From Vulcanimicrobiota bacterium (GTDB lineage: Bacteria > Vulcanimicrobiota > Vulcanimicrobiia > Vulcanimicrobiales > Vulcanimicrobiaceae), in contig CAVTCS010000005.1 in the NCBI GenBank assembly GCA_963733295.1, positions 96,001-160,000 of the forward strand: DNA of 64,000 bases. Direction: 5' to 3'. This document shows, in pieces, positions 31,449 through 39,423 of the stretch. Every line of letters starts with the position of its first letter. Within the stretch, counting starts at the first letter, position 1. The notes under the pieces were generated by a model. It did not search any database. It was not told where the DNA came from and saw only the letters and a program-made list of their open reading frames with translations. The translations under genes were made by a program, and so were the position numbers.

Positions 31449-32240
31449 ATGCTGAGAGGGCCGAGCGAGACAATCCTGACCGAGCGGCGCGGCCGCGTCT
31501 ACTGGATCACGTTCAACCGTCCCGAGGTTCGCAACGCGCTGACCCTCGCGATGTACGAGCGCTTCTATGAGATCTTGGGCGCGCTCGAACTCGAAGCGGG
31601 TATCGGCGCGGTCGTGCTTGCCGGCGCGGGCGATCGGGCTTTTGTCGCAGGGACCGACATCAAGGAGTTCGAGGGTTTCGTCACGGCCGAGGACGCGCTC
31701 CGCTACGAACGGCACATGGATGAAATCCTCAGCCGCCTCGAACGTCTCAAGTTCCCGACGATCGCAGCCCTGCGCGGTGCGTGCACCGGCGGCGGAGCGG
31801 CGATCGCCTGCGCCTCCGACTTGCGTATCGCAGCGCCGAACTTGCGCTTCGGGTTTCCGCTGGCGCGCACGCTCGGAAACTGCCTTTCGATCAAGAACTA
31901 CGCGCGTCTCGAAGCGCTGGTCGGCGAAGCCGAAGTCAAACGCTTGCTGTTTACCTCAGAGCTCATGGACGCCGAGCGCGCGTACTCGCTCGGGCTCGTC
32001 GGCGAAGTCGTGCCGGACGACGCCTCGCTCGAGGCTCGCGCGCAAGAACTCGCGACGCAAATCGCCGGCAACGCGCCGCTCACGATCCGCTCGACGAAGG
32101 AAGCGTTGCGCCGGCTACGCGAGCAGGGCCCGCGCGCAAACGACGACGACCTCGTGCTAGCGTGCTATCAGAGCAACGACTTCAAGGAAGGCATCGCGGC
32201 GTTTCTCGGAAAACGAGCGGCGCAATGGAAGGGCGACTAG
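31449..32240 (+). CDS. Enoyl-CoA hydratase/isomerase family protein
   Basis: NRPEVRNAL, AFVAGTDI, GGGA, DFKEG..AF..KR. Confidence 0.9.
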   Translation: MLRGPSETILTERRGRVYWITFNRPEVRNALTLAMYERFYEILGALELEAGIGAVVLAGAGDRAFVAGTDIKEFEGFVTAEDALRYERHMDEILSRLERLKFPTIAALRGACTGGGAAIACASDLRIAAPNLRFGFPLARTLGNCLSIKNYARLEALVGEAEVKRLLFTSELMDAERAYSLGLVGEVVPDDASLEARAQELATQIAGNAPLTIRSTKEALRRLREQGPRANDDDLVLACYQSNDFKEGIAAFLGKRAAQWKGD

Positions 32241-32425
32241 CGCTCAAGCTCCTCGCCGCGGCGGCCGGCGCGCTGGCGCTCGGCGCCGTTGCGATCGGCG
32301 CGATGGCGATCGGTGCGGTCGCAATCGCGCGGCTCGCGATCGGTCGCGTCACGATCGGCGAACTCCACATCCGCGAACTGCGCATCGACGATGACGGCCG
32401 TAACGGTTCCGTCGCTCAGGAGTAG
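32225..32425 (+). CDS. Small hypothetical protein with GAxAI pentapeptide repeats
   Basis: ATG 32225; MEGRLALKLLAAAAGALALGAVAIGAMAIGAVAIARLAIGRVTIGELHIRELRID; fills the gap between genes. Confidence 0.6.
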   Translation: MEGRLALKLLAAAAGALALGAVAIGAMAIGAVAIARLAIGRVTIGELHIRELRIDDDGRNGSVAQE

Positions 32426-33135
32426 CCTGCGAACGGATCGGTCTTGACTTCGTCGCAGAAGTTATCCAGTTGGAAGCCGGGCACGAGCCGGTAGCCGACG
32501 TCCGTAACGAAACAGTTGCCCGTCGCGTTCGGCTTGCGTTTCGCCACTTCGGCAACCGCGGGAAGAAACTCGGCAATGAACCCCGTTCGCGGCACGGCTT
32601 GCAGCAGCGCGACGATATCCGCACGGCCGAGTACGTCTTGCGAGCCGCCAAAATCGGCGACCACGCCCGCGTTGACCAGCGCGACCTCCGGAGCTTTCCA
32701 GCGAGCTAATCCGCCGCTGTCGTGCAGCGTGATCGCGTCCCACACGAGCTCCCGCCGCGCGGCCGGCACCGCATGCTTTTCGAGCAGAGCCTTGGCGACG
32801 CGTGCGCCATCGACCTCAAAGCGCTCTTTCTCGCTCATGTGTGCGGGTGACAAGCCCGTGTCGTGAAGGACCGAAGCGACGTAGACGAGCTCGGCGTCGT
32901 GATCCAAGCCCTTCGCGCGCGCGATCAACTCCGCGAAGACAAACGTTCGGACGCAATGATTGAAGATAGCCGGGGGCAGAGCCGAACGGCTGATGTTCGC
33001 CGCCTCGACGGCGAGCGCCGTCCGGGGAATGTCGACTCCGGCAATTGCGTTTGGCGCCGCCTGCGCGCCGCTCGCAAGTGCGATTGGGAATGGCACGGCC
33101 AGAAAGGTGGTGTTGATGAAGTTGATCCGTTTCAC
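32416..33135 (-). CDS. HD-domain metal-dependent hydrolase (cyanamide hydratase-like) with an N-terminal signal peptide
   Basis: NHCVRT, VLHDTG, RFEVDGA, WDAITLH; GTG 33135 after GGAGG; AQA cleavage-like site. Confidence 0.82.
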   Translation of the reverse strand: MKRINFINTTFLAVPFPIALASGAQAAPNAIAGVDIPRTALAVEAANISRSALPPAIFNHCVRTFVFAELIARAKGLDHDAELVYVASVLHDTGLSPAHMSEKERFEVDGARVAKALLEKHAVPAARRELVWDAITLHDSGGLARWKAPEVALVNAGVVADFGGSQDVLGRADIVALLQAVPRTGFIAEFLPAVAEVAKRKPNATGNCFVTDVGYRLVPGFQLDNFCDEVKTDPFAGYS

Positions 33136-33226
33136 TCGAGATCCTCCACTGCGCACTCGTACATTATGAGCGACCCATCGACGGATCTTCAATCAAATAC
33201 GATCTAGCGCCGAATCGTTTGAGGCG

Positions 33227-33913
33227 TCACTTCAATATCCAACGAAACGCCTCGCGGAGAACATCCTTTCCACCCTTCTGCACGACTGCACCATGGCCGA
33301 CAATAATCTGATCGATATCCCACCCGAGAATGAGTTCAATCGCGGCGCGAAAGCGGTGACAATCGAAGACAAAAGGTCGATAGAGGCGGGCAAATCGGCA
33401 GCCGGGATAAGGGCCGATAACGACACCGGCAAGTGTTCTCGTGAGCCAAGCATCGCTCCGGCTAATGTTAAAAAGCAGGTCCGCGACGATAAGTGACCGG
33501 CTCGGTCTATGATAGAACACAACCTCGTCAAGAAAGAGGCCGATGCCTGTAATATGACGCTGGAGCATCTCGTTGTTCCACAATAACGGTGACGAGTCGC
33601 TAAGGGTCTCGGTGAACGGAAGCGACCGGTTCCATTTTACAAGCGTCGCAGCGCCATAGAGCTTTGCCTCGGGAAAGGTTCGAAGCGATTCGCGCAGATA
33701 CATATCGTGCCACCAACTCGGAGCGATTATGGCGACGACCGGTCCGAGGTGGAGGATCTCATCCCTGAGCTCGGCATCTACGGCCGTCGGTGAATGAAGC
33801 ACTAATCCCCCACGAGCTAAAGAGATTACAGTCATCCGATGCCAAAGTGCCAGGCCGCCAAAGCGAACACGTTGCTCGTGAGCCCAAATCGACTCGCCTA
33901 ATTGTTGCAGCAT
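33227..33913 (-). CDS. DUF4336-family MBL-like protein
   Basis: RMTVI.L..GGL.LHSP, IIAP.WWH, EVVFYHRPSRSLIVADL, IIVGHG; visibly lower GC than the flanks. Confidence 0.8.
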   Translation of the reverse strand: MLQQLGESIWAHEQRVRFGGLALWHRMTVISLARGGLVLHSPTAVDAELRDEILHLGPVVAIIAPSWWHDMYLRESLRTFPEAKLYGAATLVKWNRSLPFTETLSDSSPLLWNNEMLQRHITGIGLFLDEVVFYHRPSRSLIVADLLFNISRSDAWLTRTLAGVVIGPYPGCRFARLYRPFVFDCHRFRAAIELILGWDIDQIIVGHGAVVQKGGKDVLREAFRWILK

Positions 33914-33962
33914 CTATCGTGCCCCAAATACTATTGAGAGCCGGCGCCGGCGAGACAGCGCG

Positions 33963-34850
33963 CTAAGTTCCTAGCGCGAAGTCGAAGCCGATGTCGAGCG
34001 CGGTGACCGAATGGGTGAGCGCTCCGACCGAGATGACATCGACGCCGGTCGCGGCAATCTCCGCGACGTTTGCAAGAGTGATGCCCCCGGAGGCTTCGAC
34101 GACGAGGCGGCCGCCGATCGTTCGTACCGCGCTCCGCAGGTCGGCCGGGCTGAAGTTGTCGAGCAGCACTGCGTCCACGCAGTCGAGACGGCGCAAGACT
34201 TCATCGAGTTGCGCGAGCTCGTCGACCTCGATCTCGACCTTGATCAGATGGCCGGCGCGTTCGCGCACGCTCTCGAGCGCCGCGGCGATGCCGCCGGCGG
34301 CCGCGATGTGGTTGTCTTTGATGAGGATCGCGTCGTCGAGGCGGAAGCGGTGATTCGCACCGCCCCCGGCGCGCACGGCGTACTTTTGCAGCGCTCGCAG
34401 AGCCGGGAACGTCTTGCGCGTTTCACAGACCGCGCAGTGCGAGTCGCCCACCGCGGCCACGAAGGCTGCGGTCGCGGTTGCGATGCCGCTCATGTGCGAG
34501 AGCAGATTCAAGGCCGTCCGCTCCGCGCCGAGCAGGGCTCGCGCGTCGCCCTCCAGCGTCGCGATCGTTTGATTTCGCTCGAGATCGGCGCCGTCGGAGG
34601 TTCGCGCATCGACGTCAACCTCCGGATCGAGCAAACGAAAGGCCAGCAGCGCCGGAGCGAGGCCGGCGAGCACGCCCTCCCGCCGCGCGACGAGCTGTGC
34701 CTGCGCGCGCGTTCCGGCCGGAACCGTCGCTTCGCTCGTGATGTCGCCGCCGAGCCCGAGATCCTCGGCCAGCGCGGCGCGCACGAGCGGTTCGTAGATG
34801 AGTTGCGGGAGCGGCTCGACGATTCGCGCGCGGTGCGCCCGCAACGTCAC
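33963..34850 (-). CDS. nadC: Nicotinate-nucleotide diphosphorylase (carboxylating)
   Basis: EDLG..GDIT, ERTALN, TRKT, HRF.L.D..LIKDNH, EASGG. Confidence 0.96.
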   Translation of the reverse strand: MTLRAHRARIVEPLPQLIYEPLVRAALAEDLGLGGDITSEATVPAGTRAQAQLVARREGVLAGLAPALLAFRLLDPEVDVDARTSDGADLERNQTIATLEGDARALLGAERTALNLLSHMSGIATATAAFVAAVGDSHCAVCETRKTFPALRALQKYAVRAGGGANHRFRLDDAILIKDNHIAAAGGIAAALESVRERAGHLIKVEIEVDELAQLDEVLRRLDCVDAVLLDNFSPADLRSAVRTIGGRLVVEASGGITLANVAEIAATGVDVISVGALTHSVTALDIGFDFALGT

Positions 34851-36355
34851 GCCGGCCGGGCTGCCGGTTCGACGAACGAGCGGTGACCTTCGGTCCCAGC
34901 GGTGGCGGGAAAATCGAGCCGGACGTGGCTGCCCCGCGTTTCCTTGCGCGCCAGCGCCGAGCGGGCGACGAGCGAGGCGACCGTCGCGCCATCGCGCAGC
35001 TCTTCGCTCCGCGTCGCCGCGCCGATTTCCGTAAATGCTTCGAGCGCGCGACGCAAGCGCACTTCATCGCGCTCGACCCCGACGTTCGCGTACATCTCGT
35101 CGCGAAGCACGCGCCACTCGTCGGACGAAGCCGCAACGAAGGGCCGCTGCTCCGCTTCGGGCACCTCGCCGGTGAACGGCCGGAACTGCAGAAACGCGCG
35201 CGCGTCCTCCGCGATGCGCTCGGGATACACGACGGACTCGAGCAGCGAGTTGCTCGCGAGACGATTTGCACCGTGCACGCCGGTCGCTGCAACCTCACCG
35301 CAGGCGTAGAGGCCGGGAATGGAAGTCCGGCCGTTCACGTCGACCGCGATACCGCCCATGTGATAGTGAGCCGCGGCGACCACCGGAATCGGCTGCCGCA
35401 ACGGGTCGATGCCGTGAGCGCGGCAGGCCGCGAACACCGTCGGGAAGCGTTCGGGCAGTTCGTCTCCCAGCGCGCGAGCGTCGAGGTACGGTCGACCGCC
35501 GCCGGCGCGCACGAAGAACACGCGCCGGGCCACGACGTCACGCGGGGCCAGCTCGAGTGCCGGGTCGATGCCCTGCATGATGCGTGCGCCCCGTTCGTCG
35601 ACGAGCAAAGCACCCTCCCCGCGCAGCGCCTCGGTGACGAGCGGCAACGGATCGCTCGCGACGTCGAGCGCGGTCGGGTGAAATTGAACGAATTCGAGAT
35701 CGGCGAGCAGCGCGCCGGCGCGCGATGCGATCGCAATGCCGGCTCCACGCGAACCCGGCGGATTGGTCGTGTAGCGATAGAGTCCGCAAAGTCCGCCCGT
35801 GGCGAGTACGACGACGCCGGCGAGAATGTTCTCGATGCGCCCGCCGGCATGGCGCACGACGACACCGCAGGCCCGGCCGTCGCGCAGGATGACATCGAGC
35901 GCGCGCGCATCCTCGACCGGTTCGATCGAGGGTGCTTCGCGCACCGCGGCCACCAGCGCGCGCATGAGTTCGGCCCCGGTCGCGTCGCCGCCGGCGCGCA
36001 AGATGCGCCGGCGTGAGTGCGCCGCCTCGCGGCCCAGCGCGAATTCTTCGCCCTCGCGGTCGAAGCGCACGCCCAGCGAGGTCACCCGCTCGATCGCGTG
36101 CGGCGCGTCGGCGGCGAGGCGAGCGGCAACCCGCTCTTCGACGAGACCGGCGCCCGCGGCGACCGTGTCTGCGGCGTGGAACGCCGGCGAGTCGTCGGCG
36201 CCGACCGCTGCCGCGATGCCGCCCTGAGCCCACGCCGTAGCGGTGCCTTCACCAAGAAGTTTCGGCGCTACCAGCGCCACGCGCAAAGGTCGCAATTCGA
36301 GCGCGCTCATCAAGCCGGCCAGTCCGCCGCCGACGACGACCGCGTCGTACTTCAC
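34847..36355 (-). CDS. nadB: L-aspartate oxidase
   Basis: GGGLAG, AQGGIA, EAAHS, QFHPT, HYHMGG, GVHGANRLASNSL; GTGA overlap with nadA. Confidence 0.95.
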   Translation of the reverse strand: MKYDAVVVGGGLAGLMSALELRPLRVALVAPKLLGEGTATAWAQGGIAAAVGADDSPAFHAADTVAAGAGLVEERVAARLAADAPHAIERVTSLGVRFDREGEEFALGREAAHSRRRILRAGGDATGAELMRALVAAVREAPSIEPVEDARALDVILRDGRACGVVVRHAGGRIENILAGVVVLATGGLCGLYRYTTNPPGSRGAGIAIASRAGALLADLEFVQFHPTALDVASDPLPLVTEALRGEGALLVDERGARIMQGIDPALELAPRDVVARRVFFVRAGGGRPYLDARALGDELPERFPTVFAACRAHGIDPLRQPIPVVAAAHYHMGGIAVDVNGRTSIPGLYACGEVAATGVHGANRLASNSLLESVVYPERIAEDARAFLQFRPFTGEVPEAEQRPFVAASSDEWRVLRDEMYANVGVERDEVRLRRALEAFTEIGAATRSEELRDGATVASLVARSALARKETRGSHVRLDFPATAGTEGHRSFVEPAARPA

Positions 36356-37374
36356 GCTTCGTCGCGTCCGACGGCCGTCATGCGCTCGACTGCGAGCCGC
36401 GCGCGCTCGGCCAAGAGCGGGTCGATTTCGATTTGCGGCGACATCGTTTCGAGCGCACGCATGATCTTCGGCAAAGTGATGCGCCGCATGTGCGGGCACA
36501 GATTGCACGGCTGCACGAACTCGATCTCGGGAAACATCTCGCCGACGTTGCCCGCCATCGAACATTCCGTGATCATCGCGACCTTGGCGGGACGGTTCGC
36601 TCGGACGTACTCGAGCATCGCGGTCGTCGAGCCGACGAAATCGGCGCGGGTCAGTACGTCGGGAGGACACTCGGGGTGCGCCAGCACGACGATGCCGGGT
36701 TGCGCGGCGCGCACCTCGCCGATCTCCTCACCGGTAAAGCGCTCGTGCACTTCGCAGTGCCCGCGCCAGGTGACGATCTCGACCGCGGTCTGCGATGCGA
36801 CGTAGGCCGCGAGGTACTCGTCGGGAAGGAAGATGACTTTCGGCACGCCGAGCGACTCGACGACTTTGACCGCGTTCGCCGAGGTACAACAGACGTCCGA
36901 CTCCGCCTTCACGGCCGCCGACGTGTTCACGTAGGTGACGACCGGCGCGCCCGGATGCGCGCGGCGCAGCGTGCGGATGTCTTCCGCCGTAATCGAATCG
37001 GCCAGCGAACAGCCGGCTGCCAGATCCGGCAACAGCACGACCTTCGAAGGATTCATGAGCTTGGCCGTCTCGGCCATGAAGTGGACGCCGCACATCACGA
37101 TCGTGTCGGCATCGGTCTTGGCGGCGGCTTGCGCGAGTCCGAGGGAATCGCCGACGACGTCCGCGACGCAGCGGTAGATTTCGGCCGTCTGATAGTGATG
37201 CGCCAAGATCACCGCGTTGCGCTCGCGCTTGAGCTCGAGGATGCGAGCGACGTACGGGGCAAACAGCTCCCACTCGGCGCGCTCGACGGAACGCGAGACG
37301 AGCGGATAGAGGTGCTCGGTCGCGGCCGCAATCTCGGGTCCGTACGGGAGCGTCAGGCGTTCCGGGGCAAGCAT
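36352..37374 (-). CDS. nadA: Quinolinate synthase
   Basis: ILAHHYQ, GDS, CGVHFMAETAK, GCSLA, CEVH, HPEC, CPHM. Confidence 0.96.
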   Translation of the reverse strand: MLAPERLTLPYGPEIAAATEHLYPLVSRSVERAEWELFAPYVARILELKRERNAVILAHHYQTAEIYRCVADVVGDSLGLAQAAAKTDADTIVMCGVHFMAETAKLMNPSKVVLLPDLAAGCSLADSITAEDIRTLRRAHPGAPVVTYVNTSAAVKAESDVCCTSANAVKVVESLGVPKVIFLPDEYLAAYVASQTAVEIVTWRGHCEVHERFTGEEIGEVRAAQPGIVVLAHPECPPDVLTRADFVGSTTAMLEYVRANRPAKVAMITECSMAGNVGEMFPEIEFVQPCNLCPHMRRITLPKIMRALETMSPQIEIDPLLAERARLAVERMTAVGRDEA

Positions 37375-37382
37375 GGCACTCC

Positions 37383-37443
37383 ATTATACGCTGCCGCCAC
37401 GCGCCAGGTTGCGACGAATTCATGAAACGGTCGTTTCACGAAT
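37383..37443 (-). promoter_or_regulatory. nadA promoter region: consensus -10 and an upstream inverted repeat
   Basis: TATAAT (37388-37383) 8 nt before the ATG; inverted repeat ATTCaTGAAACG-gt-CGTTTCAcGAAT at 37418-37443. Confidence 0.45.
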
Positions 37444-37488
37444 GGCTTTACCGATTAGGGGCCGGCCGCGGCTGGAGTAGCGCCAGGC

Positions 37489-39423
37489 TTACTTGGGCGG
37501 GGGGAGCGGGGGCGCACATTGCGAGCTCGGCCAGCAGCCGATAGTACCGCTCGTGACATGCGGGCAGGCCTTCGTTCCGGCCGGACAGCACTTGCCGGCC
37601 GCGCAGGTGACGCCCTTCGGGCAACACACCGAGGTCACGCCCATCTCCGGGTACGTCAAGCACTCCTGGTCCTTGCCGGTACACTTCGAGGCCTTCTTGC
37701 ACGTGGATGTCTTCGCGTCGGCGCAACCGGCGTTTTCGCAGCAGACAAATCCGCAGTGCACGCCCGTGAGACACAGCGTCGGCTGAGGCGGACACACGCC
37801 GCCCGGGCATCCAAAGACGGAAGCCGCGCCGCAGCACTGATCGCCGCACCAATGGCCGCTCTGGCAGCACTGACCGTTTTTCACGAGGTGGTCGGCGCAA
37901 CAAACGGGCGCTCCGCCCGGCGTCGAGAGATGATGGGGGTTGCCCTTTACCGCCAAGTGGACCGCTGCTTGATGAGCGCAGACCTGGCCCGGCGAACAGC
38001 AGGTGCTGCCGCAGCAAGTTTGTCCGTACGTACAACACTCGCCGACCCAAACGCCGTTTTCGCGCTTGCCGCAAACGCGCGGGCTGGGACAGCAGTAGTA
38101 GCCGTAGAGCGCGTTCCAGTTACTGCTGTCCGTGCGTGAGCCGAAGCGCGTGTCGTAGAGGCACGGATTCTGCGCGTTGCAGCAGTAGTTGTAACCGTAC
38201 CAGTACGTGGACGAGATCGGGCTCCCACACTCTTGCGGATGGCTTTTCGGGCAGCACAGACCTGGGACCGTGTTGTACCCGAACGTCGTTTCATAGTCGC
38301 CCTGGTAGGCGCAGAGCTGATCCGGATTGCACGACGTTCCGAGCCCCGTGCCGCATGGGACGGGATTGCAGGCGTTACCGGCGGCGGTGCAACCTTGCTG
38401 GCAGTTGAACTGCACCCCCGAGTAGTTGACGAATTTACTGCAGCTGCCGCAGCCGCTGGCACAGTAGTCGTAGAGATCGGCGATACACCCCACGAGGTCT
38501 CCGATTACCGTAAAGAAATTAGAGCTGCACTTGTTATTGCACGCTTCGCACAAGCCCGTGAAAAACGTCTCGGTTGTCGCGGTCGACAAACCTACGCCGT
38601 TCTTGGCCGCCGCTTTGAGAATCGCCATCTCCTGCGCGCAGGTCAAGGTCGTTCCGCTGATGAGCGCGTTCGGGTAGGGCGTACCGCAGCTCGTCTCTTG
38701 GGTTCGCTCGAGGTACGCGTTGTGACGCGCGCGATATGGACCGAGCGCCATTTCCCCGTCGCGTTCGAGGCCGGCATGCACGCTCGACGTACAGCGCTGG
38801 TAATCGGCGGTCGCTTGCGTGGAGACCGCTTTGATAGCGTCGTTCACTCCTGGCACGGGTTTGCCGAACTTCGGTTTCCCGTTGACAAACTGGAGCTTTT
38901 TCCCGGATCCGACCACGTAGGGAACGATGGTCTTCCCACCGACGGTACCGCGCAGCGTCCGGCCGCCGTCGCTGGATGTCAGCACGGCGGACCCAAAACC
39001 GAACGCATTGCCAAGAGTCAGCTTCTCCGAGCGCGCTGATTTCGTGTAGGTGCCGGTCAGCTGGACCTGTTGCTTACCGTCTATGAGAATCGTCGTATCG
39101 AGCGTCGTACCGCTCTTGGGATCGATGATGCGAGACTTCTTCAATATCGCCGTGAGGCCGCCGGCACTCGCGTTGCTAACGAGGTGATGCTCGTAGTGCG
39201 CGCCTTTGCTGGATACCTTGCAGGGACCGAACGACTCGGTCTTGCTCGGGATCGTTTTCACCTTCCGCGCCGGATGCGGCGCAACGGCCGCAAACACCGG
39301 AGCCCAGCCCGTGCCGCTCGCAGCAAACATCGCTCCGATTCCGGCGAAAACGCTGCGGCGCGACGGCCCGCTCGAAGCGACCTGTTTGCTGAGTTCGTCG
39401 AACCAGTGATCCATCGCAATCAA
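37489..39423 (-). CDS. Tat-type exported, extremely Cys-rich protein (about 58 Cys)
   Basis: N-terminus DHWFDELSKQ...SRRSVF followed by a hydrophobic stretch; the C-terminal half has 12 CC doublets. Start TTG 39423 (overlap) or ATG 39414. Confidence 0.85.
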   Translation of the reverse strand: MIAMDHWFDELSKQVASSGPSRRSVFAGIGAMFAASGTGWAPVFAAVAPHPARKVKTIPSKTESFGPCKVSSKGAHYEHHLVSNASAGGLTAILKKSRIIDPKSGTTLDTTILIDGKQQVQLTGTYTKSARSEKLTLGNAFGFGSAVLTSSDGGRTLRGTVGGKTIVPYVVGSGKKLQFVNGKPKFGKPVPGVNDAIKAVSTQATADYQRCTSSVHAGLERDGEMALGPYRARHNAYLERTQETSCGTPYPNALISGTTLTCAQEMAILKAAAKNGVGLSTATTETFFTGLCEACNNKCSSNFFTVIGDLVGCIADLYDYCASGCGSCSKFVNYSGVQFNCQQGCTAAGNACNPVPCGTGLGTSCNPDQLCAYQGDYETTFGYNTVPGLCCPKSHPQECGSPISSTYWYGYNYCCNAQNPCLYDTRFGSRTDSSNWNALYGYYCCPSPRVCGKRENGVWVGECCTYGQTCCGSTCCSPGQVCAHQAAVHLAVKGNPHHLSTPGGAPVCCADHLVKNGQCCQSGHWCGDQCCGAASVFGCPGGVCPPQPTLCLTGVHCGFVCCENAGCADAKTSTCKKASKCTGKDQECLTYPEMGVTSVCCPKGVTCAAGKCCPAGTKACPHVTSGTIGCWPSSQCAPPLPPPK

